Virus record (IMG/VR): IMGVR_UViG_3300025000_000103
Location: 1-62,005 of that record
Reading direction: 5' to 3' (one strand)
Length of the DNA: 62,005 nt
Origin: a virus
Lineage: Duplodnaviria > Caudoviricetes
In this document: positions 47,967 through 57,027 of the stretch, in pieces
How positions within the stretch are numbered: position 1 is the stretch's first letter
Layout: each line of letters begins with the position of its first letter
The notes under the pieces: model-generated
Databases searched by the model: none
What the model was told of the DNA's origin: nothing
What the model saw: only the letters and a program-made list of their open reading frames with translations
Program-made: the position numbers and the translations under genes

Positions 47967-48032
47967 CCACAACATACCCCGTGCTATCGGTTGAGCACGG
48001 GTAGGCAACGCACCGGGGATAATCCCCAACGC

Positions 48033-48073
48033 AAGGCCGGATAGCTCAAAAATGGGTTGTCCGGCCTTTTTTT
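48033..48073 (+). terminator. Rho-independent terminator
   Basis: AAGGCCGGA...TCCGGCCTT followed by a T-run. Confidence 0.8.
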
Positions 48074-48293
48074 ATGGAGAATAATTATGAAAGATTGGAA
48101 CTGGCCTGCGATAATCGTCTGGCTGATAATCCCGGCTATATTTGTGTTGGCCGGAATCGTTGAATTTTACCTTTAGGCAAGCCACTGGCACAGTAAGCGT
48201 AGATGCTTCGGCGGAGCTAAAAGGGCAGGCGTGGAGCGAAAAGCTGAGAAGCGGCCTGCCTTGCCTAATAAATTTTACTTGCGAGGTGATGAA

Positions 48294-48608
48294 ATGGCAA
48301 AACAATTGAGAACATCAAGAAACGGGGAATGGACGGTATTGCATATTGAGGGAAATCCTGAAAAACCTGAAGCAGCACACGCAGGTATGATAAAATTTCC
48401 CGGCGGCAATGTCAATGTTACCAGGACTACAGAGGGTAAATATTGGGTGCATATTTGCGTCAATCTCCCTGAAACTGGCTTTTTTATCCAAGGCGATACG
48501 ATACCAGGGAAATTCGTTGGCGGCAGAATGGACGTTGTAGGTAAAGGCGTAGTTGATATCCATCCAGATGCCGATCATTTGGCTTTTTTAATTGAGGTGA
48601 CAAAATGA
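48294..48608 (+). CDS. Hypothetical protein
   Basis: GAGGTG RBS; IKFPGG.V.V.RT..G.YW.H. Confidence 0.65.
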   Translation: MAKQLRTSRNGEWTVLHIEGNPEKPEAAHAGMIKFPGGNVNVTRTTEGKYWVHICVNLPETGFFIQGDTIPGKFVGGRMDVVGKGVVDIHPDADHLAFLIEVTK

Positions 48609-49051
48609 CCACAAAAAAACAAGGTGGGCAGCCAAAGCCAGCCTATTTGAAAACGTCCCACCGCACCGTCAACCTCCCGCAGCACCTTTGGGACGAGGTT
48701 GATGTTATCCCCGGCACGCTGGCCGGGAAAATGCGGTTAATCGTTGTTGCGGGGCTTGACGCCATGGGCAGATCAGGCATAAATGTTGGTCGAATGCTGG
48801 CCGAGTACTACCACAATATCGCGTGCGAACTGTGGAATGAAAAATATGGGTACGTGGAAAAAGAAACAGGGCAAACACCGCAGATAAAAGTGATTGATTT
48901 TGCCACGCGAATAACACCGTCTGCCCTCGGGAGTAAGGGGGAATGCCTCGTGATTGTCGCACAGGCAGAAATAGGCGGATTGCGTTCTACTTTTTCTTTC
49001 CGCCTTGATGGGACGTGGTTCGGCTACGAAGATGAGGAGGAAATAAAATGA
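48605..49051 (+). CDS. Hypothetical protein, N-terminal ribbon-helix-helix-like
   Basis: GGQPKP...RTVNLPQHLWD. Confidence 0.5.
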   Translation: MTTKKQGGQPKPAYLKTSHRTVNLPQHLWDEVDVIPGTLAGKMRLIVVAGLDAMGRSGINVGRMLAEYYHNIACELWNEKYGYVEKETGQTPQIKVIDFATRITPSALGSKGECLVIVAQAEIGGLRSTFSFRLDGTWFGYEDEEEIK

Positions 49052-49263
49052 AAAGTGAAATCAAAGCCCACGGAGTCGTGCCGCTGTCCGCCGGCGGGCA
49101 CGCAACCATCATCATTTTCTCGTCTGGTCGCCCATGCCGGCGAGTATTCACCGGGCCGGATAGCTTGCGCCAGGCCACGGAAAACCTCGCGCAGGTTATG
49201 GGTGTCCTGGACGAAACTCTGCCGCGCATCCGGGCAGCGGCAAAAGAGGGGTTTACGATATGA
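49048..49263 (+). CDS. Hypothetical protein
   Basis: ATGA-coupled. Confidence 0.55.
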   Translation: MKSEIKAHGVVPLSAGGHATIIIFSSGRPCRRVFTGPDSLRQATENLAQVMGVLDETLPRIRAAAKEGFTI

Positions 49264-49499
49264 ATAAATACCCAGCATGCCAGGAATGCAAGCACGCGGA
49301 TCTCGATACATGCGCTAGTTGCGAACCATCAGAGCGCAAACCGTCTGACCGCATCATGAAAACGATCCGCGAAGAGGTCCAGGAGGCACTTGCTGCCGCA
49401 AAACTCGCCGGATACCTGCAGGCACAGCGTGAAGAACTATCTCATCTTGATAGTATTATCGAGCGCATAAGACACATCCGCAAGGAGCTTGAATTATGA
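49260..49499 (+). CDS. Hypothetical CxxC protein
   Basis: ATGA-coupled; CQEC and CASC. Confidence 0.55.
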   Translation: MNKYPACQECKHADLDTCASCEPSERKPSDRIMKTIREEVQEALAAAKLAGYLQAQREELSHLDSIIERIRHIRKELEL

Positions 49500-49567
49500 A
49501 AAAATTAATCATCGCCGCCGCACTGCTAATGGCAAGCGGGTGCTCAACAATCGATAACAATTTGTAA
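49496..49567 (+). CDS. 23-aa mini-lipoprotein (not in ORF track)
   Basis: MKKLIIAAALLMASGCSTIDNNL*, AAGGAG RBS, ATGA overlap, lipobox ASGC. Confidence 0.6.
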   Translation: MKKLIIAAALLMASGCSTIDNNL

Positions 49568-49570
49568 AAA

Positions 49571-49598
49571 ACGGGCAACCATTTCGGTGGTTGCCCGT
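49571..49598. terminator. Hairpin between convergent operons
   Basis: ACGGGCAACC-N8-GGTTGCCCGT preceded by an A-run. Confidence 0.7.
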
Positions 49599-49764
49599 AG
49601 CTATTCATCCCTTGTTCCAGCCGAGGAGGAACCCAGCCGAGGCGTGCTAGCCGAGCACACGTTCTATCCCAAGGAAACCCAGGCCCTATTTATGCGCCGG
49701 GCCTGACCGCGTTATGCAGGGATGAAGACTTGCGGTATGACCGGCGCTGTCAGATTTTACCTAA

Positions 49765-50010
49765 TCAAAAAAATTCATCATGCCATTTACCCCACGCTTC
49801 CCAAACAGGATTTTTTTCTGACGGCTGCCTTACTCTTGGTTCACCGGATTTCGTCACAAAAGTTACGCCATATTGAGGATTAAATTGGAAAAGGTGTTTC
49901 TTGCCAATCACTTCAACCTCACCAAACCACACAGCATGTGAGCAATCCCTGCAATGCTTGTTTGGTGGTATACATCCATTTAAACTAGTGCAAAAATCCG
50001 GTTTTAGCAT
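49765..50010 (-). CDS. Hypothetical protein
   Basis: AGGTG RBS. Confidence 0.55.
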   Translation of the reverse strand: MLKPDFCTSLNGCIPPNKHCRDCSHAVWFGEVEVIGKKHLFQFNPQYGVTFVTKSGEPRVRQPSEKNPVWEAWGKWHDEFF

Positions 50011-50028
50011 CTTATCACCTATTTTTTT

Positions 50029-50229
50029 TTAGTGGCACAAACACAATCCGCCGTTACTTGCATATGGTCCGTTACGCCCAGCAGGATCTTCCTGGTTGTA
50101 ATGTTCTCCTGACACACCATACCATACATCTCCATCCCCACAGCAATGGCACACCGCCACATAATGGTTGTCGTGATTAGCAATCCATTTTAAAATTGCA
50201 TCCCCATCTGTCATGTCTGGCACATCCAT
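50029..50229 (-). CDS. Hypothetical Cys-rich protein
   Basis: ORF track; start uncertain. Confidence 0.45.
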   Translation of the reverse strand: MDVPDMTDGDAILKWIANHDNHYVAVCHCCGDGDVWYGVSGEHYNQEDPAGRNGPYASNGGLCLCH

Positions 50230-50480
50230 TCCGTAAACCTCAGAATCAATTTGCTCAAGATTAACAAACCCTGTCCCATCGCAAACATTACACTTTATAG
50301 CTATTTCAAAAACCTCTCAAAAACATTACCAGCCGCCGACATAACCTGCATTTCCACGGTGTTTCGTTTATCCGCCGATCATACCAAACCATCGCCTCCT
50401 CATCGGCCCACTTTAAAGCAACTATCGGTTCGTAATCAGGAATAGCGGTTCGGTTGCTGCGTGAATAGAAATTTTCCATC

Positions 50481-51395
50481 TCATTCCCCTTTTGTTCTCT
50501 GTCTGTTTAACTCATCCAACCAATCATCACCGCGCCGCTCAGGTATTAACACGGTCGCTTGGATCTTGTGTTGCAATATTAATCTATTAGCCAATGTATA
50601 TGCTGCTTTCTGCCCAACGAAATTTGCGTCATTGTCACCGAATACAAAAACTTCCTTGATCCCTTGAGGCGGCATAAAACCCTCTAAAATTGTCGAGCTT
50701 ACTGCAGCCCATGTTGGCACATGAAATAACTCAGCGCAGGCGATAGCTGTTTCAATTCCTTCTGTTATCCCAATCTTTCCGTCTGCTTGGTCAAAAAGTC
50801 TTATTGCGCTGCCTGTTGATTTTTTAAGACACGGCATCAGCTTTTTTACTTCAGAAACACTTGCCTTGTTCCCTTCCATGGTCAAGTACGTCCGGTGCAT
50901 GGTTACACCTTCATTTTCAGGCGACATTACAACCGCAAGCATTGCCGGTATTTCTTTGTGCAGCTCTGAGTTCCAGCATTTGTTTATCGCACGCAAAGCA
51001 GGAGGAAAAGTATTAAGCCCCCTGCCTCGCAGATACGCAGAAACAAAGTCTGTCCCGTCAATCGGTTTTGAATCAAGAAACATTTTCCGTAACGTTTCAG
51101 GATCAATTTTCTTTTCAGGAAGAACAGTTCCTTTTTCAACATTGCCAACAATTTTTCCAACTTCAGCGATGGCCTCTTTAAAATCAATTCCAAGGACTTT
51201 TTGCACTAAACTCCAGCCGTCACCGGCCCCGCAGGTGCATATCCAACTTCCACTACCTTCCTTGTCATCCATGCGAAAATGTAGTTTTTCAGTCTTACAT
51301 ACAGGGCATTTCGTATGCCTGCCGTCACCAACATCTATGCCAAGGCTTGCCAGAATACCAGGCCATTTGCCGATTACCTCCTGTTTTATATCCAT
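50481..51395 (-). CDS. Primase (Zn finger plus Toprim domain)
   Basis: H..CPVC..FR.DD..G.GSWIC.CGAGDG; EGIETA; FGDND; DW.D. Confidence 0.9.
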   Translation of the reverse strand: MDIKQEVIGKWPGILASLGIDVGDGRHTKCPVCKTEKLHFRMDDKEGSGSWICTCGAGDGWSLVQKVLGIDFKEAIAEVGKIVGNVEKGTVLPEKKIDPETLRKMFLDSKPIDGTDFVSAYLRGRGLNTFPPALRAINKCWNSELHKEIPAMLAVVMSPENEGVTMHRTYLTMEGNKASVSEVKKLMPCLKKSTGSAIRLFDQADGKIGITEGIETAIACAELFHVPTWAAVSSTILEGFMPPQGIKEVFVFGDNDANFVGQKAAYTLANRLILQHKIQATVLIPERRGDDWLDELNRQRTKGE

Positions 51396-52897
51396 TGCGA
51401 TTTCTCCGAAGCTGCTCTTTTCTTCTGAGCCGCATATTTTATTTGCTCATGAATCATCAAGTTTAAAAAAGCCTGATCAGGAACAATAGGAGAAACATCT
51501 TCGATGGAATGATGGGGCCAGCACCCATACCTTGAGCGGTATTTAGCTTTAATCATCTTTGGATTATAATTTTTTGACCTTACCCAGTGTTTCAACATAC
51601 CAAGATATAACCTCTTTTCTGCAACTGTGGCCTTTTTACCCTTGACCTCCTTTAATTCTGCGTCAACTGTTTCAACATCCTTACCGAATGATTTCAATTC
51701 AGATCCGCAATCAGGGCACTTGCTGCCACCTTCAAAAATTTTATGGCAAACAGCGCATTTAACCGGCTTCTTTTCTTTTTTTGCCTTTTTCGGTTTCTTC
51801 CAGGCCAGATCTTTTCCGTCAAGCGACCATTCAATTTCGTCATCCACAAAACCGTGCCTATCAACAACGCCTCCATGATCAAAAAAAATCAAATCACCGC
51901 CGTTTGATTTTGGCCTCATTCCGCGCCCAGCTCCTTGCCGATATAGAACAAGACTTTTCGTAGGTCTTGCAAAAGATACGCACCCTATTTCCGGGCAGTC
52001 CATGCCCTCGACGTACAAAAGGACGTTTATCAATACGGTTATATCGCCATTCTCCATTGCCTCAAAAACGGCATTCCTTTCTTCCTCAGGCGATTTTGCA
52101 TCGAGTCTGGCACATGGTATGCCTTTTTTTGTAAACGCCTCAAGAAGGTGCCTAGAATGCTTCACATTCACTGCGAAAACAATTGTCTTTCTGCCTTGCC
52201 CATACTTAAGCCAGTTTTCGACAACATCGCCTACCAATTTAGGTTTTGACATTTTGTTGCCAAGATCTGCAATTTGATAATCGCCGCACTGACTTTTTAC
52301 TTTATCAAGATTTATTCCAAGAGGTGGACAATAATACGTCACTTCTGCAAGGTGCCCTTGTTCTGTCAATTCTTTAACGCCAACCACGTCAACAATGGCG
52401 TCAAAAATTTCTCCAAGACCTTTTCCATCGCTTCTTGCAGGAGTTCCGGTAAACCCAATAATTACTTTATCGGCATACAATCCGAGGACATCGACATATT
52501 GTTTACTGCAACATCTATGCGCTTCATCAACCACAACCAAATCAGCCTGAAAGAAAAACCTATTGCTATCCAACGAATCTAACTGCAACCTTCTGGCAAA
52601 TGTCTGGATTGTGGAAACCTGAACATCGCAAGTCAAATCACTTTCGACCCCGGCCATGATCACGCCAACACGCAGGCCGAATTTTTCCATTGTCTCTTTG
52701 ATTTGTGTTACAAGATTGCGTCTGTGAACCATAAACAGGCATTTTTTACCTTTTTCATTTGCCAGCCTGAATATCTCAGAAATTATAACAGATTTGCCGC
52801 TACCAGTCGGACTGACCACAAGAACCTTTTTCTTGCCAAGTGAAATGACCTTCCTTGTTTCGTCAACCGCTCGTTGTTGGTAATCTCTTAATCTCAT
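51386..52897 (-). CDS. Superfamily 2 DEAH helicase with C-terminal Zn finger
   Basis: LRDYQ, SPTGSGKS, DEAH, TGTP, EGMD, Q..GRGMR, CAVC/CPDC. Confidence 0.93.
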   Translation of the reverse strand: MRLRDYQQRAVDETRKVISLGKKKVLVVSPTGSGKSVIISEIFRLANEKGKKCLFMVHRRNLVTQIKETMEKFGLRVGVIMAGVESDLTCDVQVSTIQTFARRLQLDSLDSNRFFFQADLVVVDEAHRCCSKQYVDVLGLYADKVIIGFTGTPARSDGKGLGEIFDAIVDVVGVKELTEQGHLAEVTYYCPPLGINLDKVKSQCGDYQIADLGNKMSKPKLVGDVVENWLKYGQGRKTIVFAVNVKHSRHLLEAFTKKGIPCARLDAKSPEEERNAVFEAMENGDITVLINVLLYVEGMDCPEIGCVSFARPTKSLVLYRQGAGRGMRPKSNGGDLIFFDHGGVVDRHGFVDDEIEWSLDGKDLAWKKPKKAKKEKKPVKCAVCHKIFEGGSKCPDCGSELKSFGKDVETVDAELKEVKGKKATVAEKRLYLGMLKHWVRSKNYNPKMIKAKYRSRYGCWPHHSIEDVSPIVPDQAFLNLMIHEQIKYAAQKKRAASEKSQWI

Positions 52898-52988
52898 ACT
52901 GTTTTACCTACTAGGTATTAATTAATAATATATATATATCTTGGAGAGGAAAGAAAACAGAAAACAGACGCGCGTGTGAACTTGCAAG

Positions 52989-53345
52989 TTAAAACGGATT
53001 GTCATTGCAACCAACTTGCTTGTCTTTTGAATAATTATCTCGTAATTCTATCATCTTATGAATTTCTATTTCCAAAACCATTCCATGATCAATCAATTTG
53101 ATTTTCTGTTTGTTTTCGATTTGTTTCAGGAACGAAGTCAGTTTGTTTCTCTTTTGTTTCAGGAATGAACTCCACTCGGTCCATGGATGGCTTGCCGAAA
53201 AATTACCTTTTTTCGGGTCCATTTGCTCTGCCACAACTTCTAAAATTGTCCACCATCTCCCTACTCCTTCCATGCCATATTCACCACGCAACCATGTTAT
53301 AAATTCATCATGTCTTGCATTAGAGTAATGCTTAAACCATTTCAT
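52989..53345 (-). CDS. Replication initiator-like N-terminal domain protein
   Basis: MKWFKH..A..D...L...YG.EG.G.WW..LE pattern; upstream of the helicase. Confidence 0.6.
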   Translation of the reverse strand: MKWFKHYSNARHDEFITWLRGEYGMEGVGRWWTILEVVAEQMDPKKGNFSASHPWTEWSSFLKQKRNKLTSFLKQIENKQKIKLIDHGMVLEIEIHKMIELRDNYSKDKQVGCNDNPF

Positions 53346-53361
53346 ATTAGCAAACGCACAA

Positions 53362-53436
53362 AAGCCTGTAGAAGCTGCCACATCGGAAAGGGAACAGTGA
53401 CCCTAAATGTGTTTGGCACGCAGCTTCTACAGGCTT
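53362..53436. promoter_or_regulatory. 17-bp perfect inverted repeat upstream of the initiator-like gene
   Basis: AAGCCTGTAGAAGCTGC ... GCAGCTTCTACAGGCTT. Confidence 0.8.
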
Positions 53437-53561
53437 CTCTGAATTTATAATATGTTCCACTATTTTTATCCTTTGTACTCGTTTTGCCAATACCCGGCTG
53501 CCAACCGGATCAACTCAGCATTTTCAGGATATATGTTTTCTACCCACATTTCAAACAATTT

Positions 53562-53783
53562 TCATTCTTCAACCACCATATCAACAATAGGTTTCCCCGC
53601 GCAATACCGTGCATGCGATTTCATGTGCACGACGGTTTTTCCGCATACCGTGCAGGTGTATTCGTGGCCTACACGGGTAAACCAGGTATGGCGATCCTCT
53701 TTCTTCTCATCGACATGTGCCGAATGAAATCCGACTGTCACGGTTTTTCCTTGGTGCATTTCTGTGTTGCAGCAGATAATCAT
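53562..53783 (-). CDS. Hypothetical CxxC protein
   Basis: AAGGAG RBS. Confidence 0.55.
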   Translation of the reverse strand: MIICCNTEMHQGKTVTVGFHSAHVDEKKEDRHTWFTRVGHEYTCTVCGKTVVHMKSHARYCAGKPIVDMVVEE

Positions 53784-53900
53784 GGTTTGTCTCCTTATTC
53801 TGACGTGCCAAGTAAGTTTATAGACATAGTTTCACATATTTGTGTATCATATCTGATATTGGTTCTAGGTTAAAATAGTTTCAATTGCACCGCGCCAGCA

Positions 53901-54092
53901 TCACTTTTCAGCTTGCTCTTGCGGTATTTCTTCGACCACCAAGAAATATAAATCAAAATGGTCCTTGTCAACCGTCATCGTAATTCCATCCCCGCTCAAC
54001 AAAACATGATCATCGCCAATTTCGTCAATTATCCAATCCGCACCTTTGAATGTGGTGTCTTTTACCTTGTCGCCTATTTTCATTACACGCAC
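53901..54092 (-). CDS. Hypothetical protein
   Basis: In operon. Confidence 0.55.
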   Translation of the reverse strand: MRVMKIGDKVKDTTFKGADWIIDEIGDDHVLLSGDGITMTVDKDHFDLYFLVVEEIPQEQAEK

Positions 54093-54094
54093 CT

Positions 54095-54436
54095 CTAATT
54101 TAACAGCAATTCATTTGATAGCCACCATCCACCCTTAACCTCCGTGCTGCAATGGTAGCATCCATGGGCAAATCCAGCATGAGCATGTTCTGGAACATTT
54201 CCGTCACGCTTCAGCCATCCAGCTTTTTTGCAGTCAACGCAAAACATCGCTATCCACTCTGAAAATATATCCATGATCTCAGCACGGCATGTCTGGCAGA
54301 CTCTCCATTCCATGATAAATTTATTACCGTGGTTATCAACAAACCTTACCGTGTATATATCAGCAGACTCATTATCGCATAGGCAGCATTCCCCTATGGC
54401 TGCAACCATCATCCCCAATTTGTCTATTTTGTTCAT
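54095..54436 (-). CDS. Cys-rich hypothetical protein
   Basis: GAGG RBS; four CxxC pairs. Confidence 0.6.
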   Translation of the reverse strand: MNKIDKLGMMVAAIGECCLCDNESADIYTVRFVDNHGNKFIMEWRVCQTCRAEIMDIFSEWIAMFCVDCKKAGWLKRDGNVPEHAHAGFAHGCYHCSTEVKGGWWLSNELLLN

Positions 54437-54440
54437 GGTT

Positions 54441-54725
54441 TTATTCCTCTATTTCGTCGTATTCGTTGTAGTCGGCTATGATGCCAGTATCAGCACCAAT
54501 AATATCTATCCCTTTAAGCAATATAGTTTCATCGTACTTGTTAGGATAGATAGAGACATTGCCATGTATTTCAGGGCTTTCCCCGGCCAGCTCAACCATA
54601 TCAAAATACGAGTAGCCAAGGCCGGCAACAAACCCCATCATCATGCCAAAGCAAATCAGGGCGATTATGGCCCATAATTCAGCTATGGGGGCAACAACGT
54701 CAACGTATTCTTCGTTATCTTTCAT
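54441..54725 (-). CDS. Single-TM hypothetical protein
   Basis: Hydrophobic helix. Confidence 0.55.
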   Translation of the reverse strand: MKDNEEYVDVVAPIAELWAIIALICFGMMMGFVAGLGYSYFDMVELAGESPEIHGNVSIYPNKYDETILLKGIDIIGADTGIIADYNEYDEIEE

Positions 54726-54728
54726 TTT

Positions 54729-55010
54729 TCACCTTCTCCCTGTAGATTTTAATCTTCGGCAAGTCTCAAGATGCAACGCTTCATCATCGCCATATAGTTC
54801 AGCAAATTCTTTTGCCCCTTGCCCATGCCTTGAAATAGGCCCGTATTGATGACAATATTCGCACAGCGGCGCAACATGATCATTGTTTTTTTGCCCCATG
54901 CCAAGCCCGTGTTTGCAATGATGAATAAGCGCAGGCCTGCCACAAACAAGGCATCCAAGAGACACGACCAAATTCCATCTTCTCCGTTGTGCCGCAGTAG
55001 GGCGCTTCAT
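54729..55010 (-). CDS. Ref/DUF968-like HNH nuclease
   Basis: LGCLVCG..A.IHH...G.G.K......PLC..CH. Confidence 0.8.
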   Translation of the reverse strand: MKRPTAAQRRRWNLVVSLGCLVCGRPALIHHCKHGLGMGQKNNDHVAPLCEYCHQYGPISRHGQGAKEFAELYGDDEALHLETCRRLKSTGRR

Positions 55011-55402
55011 CGCAAACTCTCTATGTCCAATTCTGCCCGAGGATTTTCTTTATCTACTCCACCATATCGATAGACAACCTCACTTACAATTTTCATATTG
55101 TCATCCTTGATAACCCCGAGTTCAATTAAGGCGTCGTCTGTAAATTTCTGGACAATCGAACCAACGTTCCCTAGATCAAATTTCCTGCCTGTTGCCGGGA
55201 AAATGGTGTAACAAAATCTGTAAGGTGGTTCTGATATTTTTTCTGGTAGTAAAGCTTGCCTTACGTGCTCAAGCATTTCCTTTTTGGCGGCGTTTAGTGT
55301 AAAATGATGGGCATTGCGATAGATATTAAGGTTCAATATCACCTTTTTATCTTCCTTTGTTTTTCTGGGGATCATTACTTCAAGCGGTAGGATTAATTTC
55401 AT
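55007..55402 (-). CDS. RusA-like Holliday junction resolvase
   Basis: DLGN....KF..DAL...GVI.DDN; VDKENPRAE. Confidence 0.75.
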   Translation of the reverse strand: MKLILPLEVMIPRKTKEDKKVILNLNIYRNAHHFTLNAAKKEMLEHVRQALLPEKISEPPYRFCYTIFPATGRKFDLGNVGSIVQKFTDDALIELGVIKDDNMKIVSEVVYRYGGVDKENPRAELDIESLR

Positions 55403-55417
55403 TTTTTCATCACCATT

Positions 55418-55615
55418 TTATTTCAGCTGCTTGGCTGATGGTAATAATTCTAATACCTTCTGGTATGCCGCCTCTTTCTCGGCAAAATATTCATAATCTC
55501 GTGGTAGATTCTCTCTTACAAAATCAATAAACTCATCAGAAACGGTCATTCTCTCCCGTAAATAATTATCCGTTCCTGCCAGACGCCTAGCAATCTCTCC
55601 TACTGTCTCGCCCAT
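55418..55615 (-). CDS. Hypothetical protein
   Basis: AAGGAG RBS. Confidence 0.55.
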   Translation of the reverse strand: MGETVGEIARRLAGTDNYLRERMTVSDEFIDFVRENLPRDYEYFAEKEAAYQKVLELLPSAKQLK

Positions 55616-55627
55616 AATCTGTTCTCC

Positions 55628-55914
55628 TTTTCACTTATTGCGCTGTTATGACGCACTCCAGCTTGCCAATGCCCCATTTTCAAATTCGAAAAATTTGTGC
55701 CTGACAAGCAGTGCGTCGAGGTTTGTCTCTCCAAAGTTATCATCCATGCCAGTAATGCATTGGGCATCTTCAGGGGAACCAATAAATAGATATTCATATT
55801 CTCCTAATTCCCGGACAACAGATGGAATACCAATATCTTTGAGTGCTTTTCTTAGTTTTTCTATATCTGTCATAACCAATCTCTCCATGCATTTTCACTT
55901 ATTGCGCTGTTATG
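55628..55914 (-). repeat. 23-bp direct repeat at successive gene ends (55628-55650 and 55892-55914)
   Basis: Minus strand CATAACAGCGCAATAAGTGAAAA, containing the TAA stops. Confidence 0.92.
55646..55888 (-). CDS. Hypothetical protein
   Basis: Between the two 23-bp repeats. Confidence 0.6.
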   Translation of the reverse strand: MERLVMTDIEKLRKALKDIGIPSVVRELGEYEYLFIGSPEDAQCITGMDDNFGETNLDALLVRHKFFEFENGALASWSAS

Positions 55915-56179
55915 CGAAATATCCCTCAATTTCAGAGTGCGTCCAATAGTTGGTCAAATGTCCTCTGAAATAAGTGCATAATTTATTATCTTCAACGTCA
56001 TACATTGGTTCTGTCGGGTACTCCACCACAAATGGTTCCCCGTCCACGTATAAGCAACCATTTCGCACCTCTAACTTACTTCCTTCTGGCGGGTGTATAT
56101 TAAGTGGGTCACGCATAACAGTATTTTCAACCTGACCGCAAGAACTCCTGCGCCCCACGCGGTCTTTGTAAGGCGGCAA
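55910..56179 (-). CDS. Hypothetical protein (start uncertain)
   Basis: ORF track. Confidence 0.5.
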   Translation of the reverse strand: MPPYKDRVGRRSSCGQVENTVMRDPLNIHPPEGSKLEVRNGCLYVDGEPFVVEYPTEPMYDVEDNKLCTYFRGHLTNYWTHSEIEGYFA

Positions 56180-56251
56180 GTTAAATGATCTTTTTTTACC
56201 ACAAGGATTAATCTTATTTTCAGGATCTTTCCTTTTGCGCTGTTATTGTGT

Positions 56252-56443
56252 CTAATACCAAGGGTAATCACAGGCACTAACGCAGTCATCGCACCACGGA
56301 ACACCATTTTTTGGCACTTTTGCCAATTCTTTTTTGCTGACAAAACGTCCGCATACGTGGCACCGTTCACGATTTTTCACACTAACCACACAGTCAAACT
56401 GATGCTGCGATGCTTGTAGTTTTTTATTATTAGTTTTATCCAT
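56252..56443 (-). CDS. Small CxxC protein
   Basis: RCHVCGRFVS, CDDC. Confidence 0.55.
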   Translation of the reverse strand: MDKTNNKKLQASQHQFDCVVSVKNRERCHVCGRFVSKKELAKVPKNGVPWCDDCVSACDYPWY

Positions 56444-56463
56444 GGTGCTGATCCCCTTTGCTG

Positions 56464-56685
56464 TTATATTTGCTCAGTTACTTCAGCGTGACCTTTCTTC
56501 TTGTTCCCGCAATGGCAACAGAATGTCTTACGCCATCTAATTTTTCCTCCACGTGAACCGCGCATATCTTGGTCTACGCTGTAGTCATATTCTGAATAAA
56601 ACTTGTGCCGTTTAGGGTTGCTATAGATAGTATCAATTCTTTTGCTAATCTCTTTGTCTATTCTTTCATATTCAAATGCGTCCAT
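56464..56685 (-). CDS. Hypothetical protein, first gene of the leftward operon
   Basis: Downstream of the leftward promoter. Confidence 0.55.
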   Translation of the reverse strand: MDAFEYERIDKEISKRIDTIYSNPKRHKFYSEYDYSVDQDMRGSRGGKIRWRKTFCCHCGNKKKGHAEVTEQI

Positions 56686-56718
56686 ATTTTCACCACAAGA
56701 AAAATTAATCTTATTTTC

Positions 56719-56803
56719 AGGATAGCGCAGAAATTATTTTTGTGCAAGAAAAATTATGCACATAGTAAAAAAGCGCTTGACACTCGGTAAACAATGGTAT
56801 AAT
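56719..56803. promoter_or_regulatory. Divergent promoter pair
   Basis: Minus strand TTGCAC-N17-TATCCT; plus strand TTGACA-N15-TATAAT with extended -10 TG. Confidence 0.65.
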
Positions 56804-56811
56804 TTAGAATC

Positions 56812-57027
56812 ATGATTACACCAAACCAAATAAAATTACTGAGGCTGAAGAAGTTCCCCGAGAACAAATTCCAAGGGCCGAAAAAACTCCAAAGCAGAAC
56901 AAAGTTTGCTGAGCTTTTCGGGGTTACTTGGCGCACTGTTCAGTCATGGGAATATGGTACACGGACACCGCACCCAACCGTGATGATAAAGCTTAAAAGG
57001 ATGATCGATTCATGGAATGGAAAATAA
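56812..57027 (+). CDS. XRE-family HTH regulator
   Basis: SRTKFAELFGVTWRTVQSWEYGTRTP. Confidence 0.85.
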   Translation: MITPNQIKLLRLKKFPENKFQGPKKLQSRTKFAELFGVTWRTVQSWEYGTRTPHPTVMIKLKRMIDSWNGK

